Assembly: GCA_030264375.1 (NCBI GenBank) | Contig: JASCQW010000099.1 | Span: 67,100,792-67,164,791 of the forward strand | Length of the DNA stretch: 64,000 nt | Reading direction: 5' to 3' | DNA from: Carcharhinus longimanus | Lineage: Eukaryota | In this document: piece after piece, positions 12,147 through 23,799 of the stretch | Numbering within the stretch: position 1 is the stretch's first letter | Layout: every line of letters starts with the position of its first letter | Translations under genes and position numbers: made by a program | Notes under the pieces: generated by a model | Told to the model about the DNA's origin: nothing | Databases searched by the model: none | The model's input: the letters and a program-made list of their open reading frames with translations, nothing else

Positions 12147-13235
12147 GTGGAATGGACTAACTAGAATACAGGTTATGATTGATTAGCTAGGAATGTGTTT
12201 GCTTTAACCTGAGTTAACACATTTTTGTTTATTTGGTTTTTCCTCTGAGGTTCCAGTGTAGGGTATTGATTAGGTTGATTGACCGAGTCATGTGCTAAGG
12301 GGAGGAGCTAGGTGTACAGGGAAAAGTAGGCAGTTAATACTGGGTTCTGGAAGAAACAAGAGGTTTCTCGCTGTTTCTGATCCGTACCTTAACACAACTG
12401 GGGGCTCTTGTGAGACTAAGAAGTATAATTCCTTGTTTGGGTTAGGATTATTGAACTAAAGACAGTGGCTGTTGAATATTGGTGTTTTCAGGTGTTTTAT
12501 TCAGCTAGTTTAAATAGGAAGTACCTTGTGGAAAAATTGCTCTCTCAGTGGCTAAAGTTTTCCCGGGTGTGGAAGAGGCCTCTTGGAGTGGTTTTCAAAA
12601 GGTTTTTAAAGCAAAGTTTTTGGAATTGGCGGTTGAGGGGTGAGGAAGGTGGAGATAATTGGAGTGATAGCTCAGCGTCTAAATTTGCCACGAGTATAGT
12701 CTGCATTGGAAGTGGCTAGAATTCAGGTACAAATGAAACATCTTGAATTAGAAGCAATGGCAAGGGACAAAGAAAGAGGGAGAGTAGGAAAAGAGAACAA
12801 GACAGAGACAATCACAGCACAACAAAGAAAAAGTGAATTCAAACAATTTGAACAGCGAAAAGAAAGGAAGCAGTTTGAAGTGCAATAAAAACCAGTGGAA
12901 AGGAAAAAGGAAAGATTTTTTTGAACTTGGAAACTGGAAGTAAAAAGTGAACATCAATTTAAACTGGTGAAGGCAAAGGTTAAGGTGGACACGAAGGAAG
13001 AATCAACCCAGCGCAGTCAAAGGCCTGGTGTGGATCTGTTTAAATGTGGTCAAGAGCTGAAAAGGTTTGGTGAATAGAATCTAGAAGCCTTTTTCACTTC
13101 ATTTAAGCTAGTAGCTAAATGAGCAAAATGGCCACAGACCATGAGGGTATTGTTGGTGCAAACAAAGTGGGTAGGTAGAGCTAGTCAGGTGTTGGTGTCA
13201 TTATCAGAGGGGGCATCTAAGGATTATGATGAGGA
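12147..13235 (+). mobile_element. Gypsy LTR retrotransposon 5' remnant (LTR, PBS, degenerate gag)
   Basis: ...AACACA-AC-TGGGGGCTC at 12391-12407 looks like an LTR end followed by a tRNA-Pro primer-binding site. 13081-13235 translates LEAFFTSFKLVAK*AKWPQTMRVLLVQTKWVGRASQV..., typical of Gmr1-like Gypsy gag. The LTR start is uncertain. Confidence 0.7.
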
Positions 13236-16119
13236 AATTATTACAAAAACCAACGTCATACCACCTACTAACTACTCTTCAATAGCAAAAAGTTAATGAA
13301 ACCAGAACTACTTTCAGGCGTGAGTGAAAAAAATCAAAGTGAAACAGCAAAAAACCAAATTTCATTTTGATAACACTGCCAAGCCATTGCCAGAGATGAA
13401 TACTAGAGAGTTAGTCAGTGTGCAAACCTTCAACACTCTCAACAAGAGCCAACATGGCAATTTGGCACATGCATAGAGACATTTTCACCACAATCACAGG
13501 CAATGTAAGTGAATAACCAAATATATTGGTGCAACTGCAGGCATATACAAATAACTAATACAACTATTTCTTCATCGCAGTCAGCTGGTAAGGGAGAAGG
13601 GATCTCACTAGTGGTATAGAGTACAGAACTGCTATCAATCCCAGAGGCCCACAGGTACCCAGCAATAACAATGGAATAGTAATTACTACAACAAGTGCCA
13701 TGGGAATGGCACTCTCTTGACAAGGAATATCACCCAGACTAATGGCCAATAACAACGCACACATGTAGCATTTGGAAACCTGCATTACATGCAATGCAGA
13801 TTAGTAGAACAAATAATTGTTACTGCATTAGAACTGTGGGTGTACAGTGGATAATTTGGGTAACTCACAGTTACACATTATTGTGCGTGCACTTATCTTT
13901 TGGTCATTAGGAAAATGGGATTTTGCTTCCTTTGTTTATTATGAAAAGGGGGATGTTTGGATTTTGAAATGCAATGTATTACGTATCCTATCTGGCTTTC
14001 TGCAGTCATGTGACCTCTGCCATGAGGCACTCTCTTTTTAAGCAGACATTTTACATTAGTTCAATAATGGCTTCTCACTTGTGTCTTTGAATATAAAACA
14101 GGCCTACTATTCATCTTTCTTCTTTTTTTAAGTGTTGATATACATTTAAATAGCACTTTAATTCTCTGTAATTACTCCTAATCAGCTGGTTGCTGTTAGG
14201 AGAGCCATTAGGTCAAGCACTAGCTACCAATATGCCATGCATCCTCCTTAATGAATACTAGTAGGCAATTTAAGTTGCAATCAACTATTTATGATCTTCC
14301 ATGATCTGGTATCATGTCACCAGATCCAGTGTCCTGTGGCCAGAGCATCATATGTTTAAATCTGTAGGAATGTCTCCAACCAGAGTTGACAACCTGATCT
14401 CTGCTCATCCTTATAAACATGAGCCCTGCTTCTAAAGAGATCAGTGATAACTGCTTTTGTTTAACTCCACATATTTATTACTCTTCAAGAGATAAAAGTA
14501 ATTTCAATTTTGTGTCCCACTCAAGAAAGGGAATTGTATACATATAATTATACCTTCTAAAAGAAAAACTTTTACAAACCACTGATGCTGTCTACGTCTC
14601 ATAAGAAAATAAGCAGCTACATAAATAAAGTCTGATTCGAGTGGTTTTAGTTAAATTATTTTACTGATGCAAAGTCTTAAGATTTTGCTGTTCCCATCTC
14701 ACTATATAACAGTTTACAATGTTTTTTCCTCAAGGCATTGACTGTTTTAGATTCAGTCTTGGTATTCAAGTAGCTTGTGAACAGTCAGTTCCTGCAGAGA
14801 GAGGGTTAAAAAAGTTATTTTCTTTCATTCAGGGTTTTCAATTAAGGTTAAAATGGTGAAAAATGGAACTGCAAAGCATTTCAGTGGTTCATTTCTGGAT
14901 AAATGATTTAAGTGTTTGGCCACACATACCTGTATTGTGGAGTTTCTTTTCTGGATGAAGGTGAAAGAAAGTGAGGTCAGCTGAGATGGTGTGAAACATC
15001 TTCAATCCATCATCTGCTTAGGACATGAAACCTAATCTTGATTAACTTTAGTGTCAAGTAAATAGTGATGCCATAAAAAGAGGAAGAGCCAGAAAAGTTA
15101 ATCGTTACAATTTAAAAGAAATTCAGAAAACTCTCCTTTTCCAGACGTGATCCTCAACTAAATCAACCATAGCAAAATATTNNNNNNNNNNAAATATTTG
15201 GAATGCATTTATTTCAAAGTATTTCTAGTTTTATTTGTACTGAATTTTGTCATTATAATATCTTTAAAAGTCTTCCATTAAGATTTAGAGTGCAGCGCAT
15301 CATTGTTTTACTGATCGTTTTTGGAACAATGCATGAGTCTTTCAAATGCTTGGCACTGAGTTGTTTTATGAGCTCTTATATGTTTCCGCAGCAGTGTGGA
15401 TGAATAGTGAGAGACAACTGTGACCTCATTAAACAGTAATCCATCCATCAATCAACATGTAGGTTGCCCTGGTGATCCCAACATGCTGCAAATTGTGCTT
15501 TGAGACAGAATTGGCATCTGCTAGACTAAGTGCAAGGATGCATCCAAAATGTTTTATAATTATACAGCTAGGAAAAAATGAAGTTGATTAGCCAATAATA
15601 GCCCACTATAATAGCATACTTGATAGCACTTGTCCCAATTACAAACTGCCACATCAATAGCAAACACCCATCATTATGCTTTTGAAATATTATTGGACAC
15701 ATAGTTAACCTGTTCACATTAAATTCCTTTATGTTATTTTAAGCACTGTGTTAGCCTAATCATTATTAATTATAATAATAAACCTATTAATATTGACATG
15801 TTACTCCTGAAACTAAAATTGGAAATAAAGCAATGTTTTATTAACACTAAGTATTTGTATGGTAATATCAGAGTGTAACATTAATGCTTATGAGCTTTCC
15901 TGAGGTGAATGGCTCCAGATCATAGTGCTCTTTCTCTACTTTGTGATTTGTCATAGCAAATGCATAAATACTAATATTGATCATGAAACATTTTTTCAGA
16001 AGATTGCATCATTAATTCTTGTAGGAAGTCCCAAGTTAAGTGGGCCAGAGACAGCAGAAATTACAGAGGTATCTTAGCAAGGTCCAACCAATTAGCCATT
16101 TTTGGATATTGATCACCCT

Positions 16120-16460
16120 TTGTGGTATTACCACTAAACTATTAATCCAGAAATTCAGCGAATGTTCTGGGAACCTGTGTTCGAATCCCACCATGGCAGA
16201 TGGTAGAATTTGAATTCAATAAAAAAAATCTGGAATTAAGGATCTACCGCTGACCATGAAAAAATTGTCAATTGTCAGAAAAACTCATCTGGTTCACTAA
16301 TGTTCTTTAGGGAAGGAAATCTGCCATCCTTACCTGGTCTGGCTCCAGAGCCACAGCAATGTGGTTGACTCTCAACTACCCTCTGCACAAGGACAACTAG
16401 GGATGAGCAATAAATGGCGAGTCAGTGACGCCCATGTCCCACAAATGAATTTTAAAAAAC
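16120..16460 (+). mobile_element. tRNA-derived SINE, near full length
   Basis: Box B GTTCGAATCCC, body GAATTCAATAAAAAAAATCTGGAATTAAG and tail GCAATAAATGGC. Homologous copies at 30100-30450 and 52940-53298. Confidence 0.8.
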
Positions 16461-16534
16461 CCTTGCATATCTTTTATCTAGTAGCATGTAAAGCATAACA
16501 TTCTATAATCGAGGTGCTTCTGAAGAGCTTCTAC

Positions 16535-18225
16535 CATTCCAGTGGGTACTCTCACCTCTGCGGCACAAGGTTGTGAGTTCAAGACCTACTCCAGAGTCAA
16601 GGCTGACAGCCCAGTGCATTCTGAAGGAGCGCTGCTCTGTAAGATGTACCATATTTTGGATTGGATGTTAAAATAATGGTGGAAGTAAAGGATCTTATGG
16701 AACTATTTTGAAGAGCATGGAAGTTATTTATGGTATCCAAGCTGATATTTATCCCTGAACATTATAGAAACATATTATCTGGTTATTATCACGTTATTTG
16801 ATTTGATTTATTATTGTCACATTTATTAGCAAACAGTGAAAAGTATTTCTTGCATGCTGTGGGAGGCTGGTTTGTGTGAGGGACAGGGCTTTGTTCATGG
16901 CCCCTTATGGTTTCTTGTGGTATTGGACAGAGCAGAAACCATACCAATTGGAAAGAATGCTTCCTAAGGTGCATCTGTAGAAGTCGATGAGAGTTGTATC
17001 AGACATGCCAAATTTCCTTAGTCTTCTGAGAAAACAGAGGCGTTAATGGATTTTCTTAATGCAATCACCTGCATGGAGGAACCAGGACAGGTTGTTGGTG
17101 ATCTGGACACCAAAAAACTTGAAGCTCTCGCCCATTTCTACTTCACCCCATTTGATGTTCATTGGGGTATGCCCTCCACTACGCTTCCTGAAGTTGATGA
17201 CTTTCTCCTTCATTTTGTTGACATTGAGGGAGAGATTATTGTCGTCGCACCTGTTCAACATATTCTCTATTTCTTTCCTGTACTGCGTCTTGTCATTGTT
17301 TGAGATCTGCCTTACAATGGTGGTGTCATCAACAAACTTGAAAATCGAGTTGGAGGGGAATTTGGCCATATAGTCAGGTTAGGGAGCGTAGTAAGGGGCT
17401 GAAGACATAGCCTTGCGGAGCACCAGTGTTGAGTATGATCATGGTGGAGGTGTTGTTGCCTATCCTTACTGATTGCGGCGTGTGGGTTAGGAAGATGAAG
17501 TTCCAGTTGCAGAGGGAGCAGTTGAGCCCCAGGTCATCAAGTTTGGAGATGAGTCTCGTAGGAATAATCATGTTAAAAGCTAAGCTGTAGACTATGAATA
17601 GGAATCTGACATGGGTGTCTTTGTCACCTAGGCGTTCCAAGGCTGAGTGTAGAACCAGGGATGTGGCGCCTGCTGTGGACCTGTTGTGGCGATAGGTGAA
17701 CTGTGGTGGATCCGGGCAGTCTGGGAGGCAGGAATTGATAAGTGCCATGACTAATCTTTCAAAGCACTGTCAGATGGATGTCAGAGCCACTGGATGATAG
17801 TCATTAAGGCACGCTGCTTGGCTTTTCTTTGGTACCGGGATGATGCTCATCTTCTTGAAGCAGGTAGGGACCTCAGATTGGTGTAAAGAGTGGTTGAAGA
17901 TGTCTGTGAATACCCGCTTCAGCTGGTCCATGCAGCTGAAGGGGGTAGCTTTTTGTGGGTTGACTTATGAGAAAGCTACTCTGATGTTGGCAGCGATGAC
18001 GTCGGATACAGGTTTGTCCAAGGCTTCTGGAATGGAGGGCGTGTTCTCGCTGACCTCTTGCTTAAAACAGGTATAGAATGTGTTGTGGTCATCAACTGTT
18101 TGTGGCAGCATACTGTGTGCAAATTAGCTGTGGCATTTCCTACATTATAACAGTAACTGCTCTTATAAAACATCCAAGATGTCCAGTGATTGTGAGAAGT
18201 GCTTTTGTAGATGGCAACTTTTCTT
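16535..18225 (+). mobile_element. DeuSINE-like SINE split into two parts (about 16535-16795 and 18090-18225) by a Rex1 insertion
   Basis: The left part ends TTATCTGGTTATTATCACGTT and the right part resumes TGTTTGTGGCAGCATACTGTGTGCAAATTAGCTG. These are contiguous in the Deu-domain consensus as recalled. Confidence 0.6.
16796..18085 (-). mobile_element. Rex1/Babar LINE, 5'-truncated and internally deleted
   Basis: (ATTTG)n tail. Minus-strand RT motifs QFTYRHNRST, GAPQGYVFSPLL, KFVDDTT and NNLSLNVNK. Confidence 0.88.
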
Positions 18226-18597
18226 TTAAGAAGGAATAAAATAACGCTTACTTTTTTCCCTAACTTTCTTGTAGATTTTATAACTTGGTATATTTAATAT
18301 TGAGTCTTGAATGTCTTGCAGCCATATTTTCAAAATAGCTAGTGTGCCATGCCCTGTGAGTTGAATTCATTCAATTTATTCTTTTTACTCTTTATATTTA
18401 TATAACGGATCCTAATCTGGGCCTCATGTCCTAATCTGTCCTGTTGCTCAAAATTTTACTCAGCTTTTCCTTTACTTGCAGTGTGTAAAACACAACTTAT
18501 GTCTGTTACTCTACTCTCTTTTTACTTATTTTTAAATTACTGTAAAAATCTTGTTATCCAGCTCTCTACCCACTGGAATTCTCTCATAGCTGGAATT

Positions 18598-18735
18598 CTG
18601 GGGTGGGATTCTCTGGCTGTTCATGTCAACAGGATTCGCCTGTCCTACTGCAGGGAACAGAGATTTGGCTGACTGCCAAATTCTCCATCCTCTGGCAGTG
18701 GGCGATGGGGCGTGAATGACTAGAGAATTCCAGCT
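18598..18735. mobile_element. Short MITE
   Basis: Ends GGGTGGGATTCTCT... and ...AGAGAATTCCAGC. The start is homologous to 28034-28220. Confidence 0.5.
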
Positions 18736-19571
18736 ATGGGGTCAGGTCTGTTTTTTTGACTGGAGGTGTCAAATTCATCAGTAGTTATCATCAGCCTGTT
18801 CTCACTCTGGTCTCAGCCCCCACTGTTCTGCAGCACCTTGTTCTCTTGGTGCTGTACTTTTGGTTTATGTGCTACTGCACCTCTTGTGTAAGTCCTCAAC
18901 ATCTGCGTGTTCACCCTAGAATTTCTTGATGGAATGAAAACGTGGAACTCACTTGCATCTTAGTTAACTAGCATCTATGATTAACTGGCACCTTCCATTC
19001 CTGAAGCATGCCATATAACAAAAATATTCCTGTATCATCTATACTTGAGTTTTACAGCACAGAAAAAGGCCCTTCAGCTCTTTGTGTCTGCGTCAGTCAT
19101 CTAGTCCCGTTTTCTAGCACTTGATCTGTAGTTTTATTGTTTTAGCATTTCAAATGCTCCTCCAACTGCTTCCTAAATTTTGAGGGTTCCTGCCTTTCTC
19201 ACCCTCTCAGACATGGAGTCCCAGATTCCCATTATCCTCATGGTGAAAAAGATTTTCCTCAAATCCCCTCTATATCTCCTGCCCCTTCCCTTAAATCTGT
19301 GGCCCCTGGTTAGTGACCCATTTACTAATGGGAATGTTTTTTCCTAACTATGTGCCTGATTAGTTTTGTACACCTCAATCAGATCCCCCCTCAGACATTT
19401 TTTCTCTAAGAAAGCAACGCCAACCTAGCTCGACTCTCTTGACCGCTGATGTGTTCTAGCACAGGCAACATCCTGATGAGTATCCTCTCCACCTGTCTTT
19501 AGTGCAATCACATCCTTCCTATACTGTGGTGACCAGAACTGCACAAAGTATCTAATGAGAATTTTTGTGGT

Positions 19572-20390
19572 TGATTTGATTTGATCTGATTTATTATTGT
19601 CACATGTATTAACATACAGTGAAAAGTATTGTTTCTTGCACACATACAGACAGAGCATACTGTTCATAGAGAAGGAAACGAGAGAGTGCAGAATGTAGTG
19701 TTACAGTCATAGCTAGGGTGTGGAGAAAGATCAACTTAGTGCAAGGTAGGTCCATTCAAAGGTCTGACAGCAGCAGGGAAGAAGCTGTCTTGAGTCAGTT
19801 GGTATGTGACCTCAAACTTTTGTTTCTTTTTCCCGATGAAAGAAGGTGGAAGAGAGAATGTCCGGGGTGCGTGAGGTCCTTAATTATGCTGGTTGCTTTG
19901 CCGAGGCAGCGGGACGTGTAGACAGAGTCAGTGGATGGGAGGCTGGTTTATTTGATCGATTGGGCTACATTCACAACCTTTTGTAGTTCCTTGCAGTTTT
20001 GGGCAGAGCAGGAACCATACCAAGCTGTGATATAACCAAAAAGAATGCTTTCTATAGTACATTTGTAAAAGTTGAGAGTCTTGGCTGACATGCCAAATTT
20101 CCTTAGTCTTCTGAGAAAGTAGAGGCATGCTGGGCTTTCTTAACTATAGTTAAGGCATGGGGGGGAACCAGAACAGGTTGTTGCTGATCTGGACACCTAA
20201 AAACTGAAGCTCTCGACCCTTTGTACTTCATCCCCATTGATATAGACAGGGGCATGTTCTCCTTTATGCTTCCTGAAGTTGATGACAACCTCCTTCATTT
20301 TGTTGACATTGAGGGAGAGATTATTATTGCCACACCAGTTTACTGGATTCTCTACCTATTCCTGTACTCCTGAACTCCTGTTTGAGATTG
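19572..20390 (-). mobile_element. Rex1/Babar LINE 3' fragment
   Basis: (TTGAT)n tail; collinear with 16796-17310, 41048-41700 and 55835-56180. Confidence 0.85.
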
Positions 20391-21223
20391 TATGACAATT
20401 CTGTCATAATCTCCTTGCTCTTATATTCTATGCTTCACCAAGAAAGGCAAGAATTCTACATGCTTTCTTAACCACCTTATTTACCTGTCCTGCTGTCTTC
20501 AGAGATCTTTGGACATCCACCCTTCTGGTCGTCTGAGCTTCCTAACATCCTGCCATTCCTAGCATCCTACCATCTTACCCTTACATTGTTAGTCTTCAAG
20601 GTTAACTCCCATATGCCACATTCTGCCCAGCAGTCCAGACCAACTATATCATCTTGTACCACATCACCAATTCTTTGTTGAAAAACTTACTAATCATACC
20701 TCCCACATTCATGTCTACATCATTATAAGCAGCAAGAGACCCAGCATTGATTCCTGCGGTACACCACTAGACACAGGATTCCAGTCACAAAAATGATCTT
20801 CAACCATCACCTCTGCCTCCTGTCACTAAGCTAATTTGGGATCCAATTTGTCAAATTGTCTTGGATCCCATTGGCTCTTACTTTCTTGATCAGTCTCCCA
20901 TTTGGTACCTTGTCAAAAACCTTACTGAAGTCCATGTAAACTACATCAATTGCACTGCCATCTTCTACACATTTAGTCACTCCTCAAAACATTGAATTAA
21001 ATTTGTTAAACGTGATCTCCCCCAACAAAGCCATCCTAACTATCCTTGATTGCTCCTTGCCTCTCCAAATGCATATTAATTCTGTCCCTCAGATTTTTTT
21101 CCAATAAATTTCCCTATCACTGACGATAGACTTACTGGCTAGTAACCACCTGTTTTTCCTACATCCCTTCTTGAATAATGGTACGACATTTGCTGACCCC
21201 CAGGCCTCTGGCACTCTCCTGTG

Positions 21224-21504
21224 ATGTGGAGATGCCAGCATTGAACTGGGGTAAACACAGTAAGAAGTCTCACAACACCAGGTTAAAGTCCCACCAGTTT
21301 ATTTGATAGTAAACCCACAAGCTTTCAAAAACGCTGTTCCTGAGTCAGGTGTGTGAAATTTCAGAACTTTCCACGCACCTGACGAAGGGNNNNNNNNNNT
21401 CCGAAATGCTGTCACACACCTAACGAAGGAACAGCGTTTCTGAAAACTTGTGGGTTTACTATCAAATAAATTGGTTGGACTTTAACCTGGTGTTGTGAGA
21501 CCTG
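21224..21504. mobile_element. Penelope-like mini-element with inverted pLTR arms and hammerhead-like cores
   Basis: About 90-bp inverted arms (21267-21356 and 21412-21501) and a 7-bp TSD TCCTGTG (21217-21223 and 21505-21511). CTGACGA at 21379-21385 and GAAA at 21403-21406. Confidence 0.75.
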
Positions 21505-21619
21505 TCCTGTGGCCATGGAGGATTTGAAAATCAGAGTCAGAGCCCCTGCAATCTCCTCCTTTGCCTCACATAGCAGCCTAGAATATATCTTATCTAGGCT
21601 TAGAAATCTATCTGTTTAT

Positions 21620-22440
21620 AAGCCATTTACTACCTTTTCCACCTGAGCCCTCTCCCCACATATAAGTTCAAAGTCCATGTGTCCACCCTGTTTATCTTTT
21701 CTACTAGGCTGTTGAAACCAGCCCAATTCATGTGGATACAATCCCAACAGGGCAGTTCCTTGTTCTCCTAGTATCGGTGCCAGTGATCTGTGAAATGGAA
21801 NNNNNNNNNNNNNNNNNNNNNNNNNNNNNNNNNNNNNNNNNNNNNNNNNNNNNNNNNNNNNNNNNNNNNNNNNNNNNNNNNNNNNNNNNNNNNNNNNNNN
21901 GGTGCCAGTGATCTGTGAAATGGAAGCCTTCTTTCCCACACAACCCTTTTAGCTATGTGTCTATCTCCCCAATCTGTTTATCCTGTGTCAATTAATATTT
22001 GGCTCAGGTTAGAGATTATAACCCTTGGGGTCCTTTCCTTTTAATTAGCTCCTAGCTCCTGGTACTTTTTAAACAGGTTTCCTTGCCTACATTTTCCTCT
22101 GTTGTTGGTCCCAATGTTGACTATAGCAATTGGATCCCTGCTCTTCATTTACAATATCCTTGTGTTGTTCAAGTTATCCCTCACTCTGTCACACAATAGG
22201 CAATAAACCATCAGGGACTGTTGACTCTGCTTACAAAGGATTCCATCTGACCCCCTAATTACTTAATCACCTGTATGTGCCACATTAGGCTTTCCACCTC
22301 TTCCTCCCTTCCAATAGCCTCCTGCCCCAAAGTGCCGTGGTCTGCATTCTGGTTGTCCTTCCAACAGCCTTTACCCTCATCCTCAGAGGTAATAAACATG
22401 CTGTATTTGTCATTCAATGTCATTTTCTGTAAGTGTCCAG
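21620..22440 (-). mobile_element. Degraded CR1 ORF1-region fragment
   Basis: Resembles the reverse complement of the CR1 ORF1 esterase region (GGCTCAGG...GAGATTATAACC...TTAGCTCCTAGCTCC); recognition from memory. Confidence 0.45.
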
Positions 22441-23386
22441 TTCATCATTCTCCATATTACACTGCAGAGCTAGATTGTAGCTCACCAGTTAATGTGTAGT
22501 TTGTACTTTGAATGTTTATCTTAGCTGTTCAGGTCATCACACTCTAAAGTGCTGTAAGCTAATTTACTGTTGATCAGTCCACCAGAGAGCTCTCATTAAG
22601 CTTTTTATTGATGCATCAGTCTGACATTATGACGTACAAGGTCTCCTTGTTCCCTACTCATAAGCCTATAACGCTGTGAAAATCTATGGAATAATTAACA
22701 GAGTAGATTGCAATTACTGGATTAATATCAGCAAATTGATGCTAATCATGGTGGGTCTGACAACATTGATTTGTTGGTGAATCTGACTGTTCTTGTTGCT
22801 GTGATAATTTGCAATGCAGCTTGAGAACATTTAGTAGATATGCACACAATAAAAACCTTGTTGTAAATGAAATTGTTACCTGATTCACCAAAATCTGGGA
22901 GAGAAAGCTAAGCATGTTTAGGGATTACGGGACGTTGGGACCTTTTTATACAAAATGATGACACAGGAAATTGCTAAGAAGGTAAAATTGTCTTGAAGGT
23001 GATTATTATAATTCTAGCATCACTAAAAGAGCACTTTTTAAATTAGTTAACATTTATATGTTTTCTGGACTATTATGATTCATTTACATTATCCTTTAAT
23101 CATTTTATAAGAAATGAAGAGTCCGTGATGATTTATTATTGCTTAAAGTGTATGAACTCTTTCCTCCTGCACAAAGGTTGAAAAATTGACTTCTAGGCTG
23201 ACATTAAGAGTGCACTTGCACCGTCAAGATAATTGGTTTTCCTGAGTGTGATGACTACAGCATATATACCGCATTCTGGGTCAACAAAGTTTGGAAATTA
23301 CAGTTCAGATGCGTGATATATTCATATTGCACATTGGCCATTTGGCTGTTTGTGCCTGCACTGATTCCTTGAAAGAACTGTCCAAT

Positions 23387-23647
23387 TAGTTTATTTATTA
23401 GTGACACAAATAGGCTTACATTAACATTGCAATGAAGTTCCTGTGAAAATCCTCTTGCCGCCATACTCCAGCACCTGTTCGGGTACTCTGAGGGAGAATG
23501 CATCTAACCAGCATGTCTTTTGGACTGAGAGGAAACCCATGCAGACACAGGAAGAATGTGCAGATTCCACACAGACAGTGATCCAAACTGGGAATCAAAC
23601 CCTAGTCCCTGGTGCTGTGAGGCAGCAGGGCCTCTATACGACTGTGC
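23387..23647 (-). mobile_element. HE1/V-SINE-like tRNA SINE with a Rex1-like tail
   Basis: Minus strand has a tRNA head (CTGCCTCACAGCACCAGGGAC...GTTTGATTCC), a V-domain-like core (GAATCTGCACATTC...GGGTTTCCTC) and a tail ending TGTGTCACTAATAAATAAAC. Confidence 0.8.
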
Positions 23648-23799
23648 TTGGAAATAGTATCTGCAAAAAGCTCAATGTCTGTTCACATGCGTGAGCCCTG
23701 AACATCTAACCACACGGGAGCCTTTACGATTATGGCACGTGATAGATGACTCACTATATTAGACAAAATTCTAATTCATTTTAACGTCATTTTTTAAAA

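Larger units (their letters stand above)
19045..21615 (-). mobile_element. Old CR1 LINE, interrupted by Rex1 (19572-20390) and a Penelope mini-element (21224-21504)
   Basis: Reverse complement of the CR1 3' UTR at 19045-19300 and of RT-coding sequence (e.g. GACCAGAACTGCACA; CCTTGTCAAAAACCTTACTGAAGTCCATGTA encoding YMDFSKVFDK). Confidence 0.8.
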
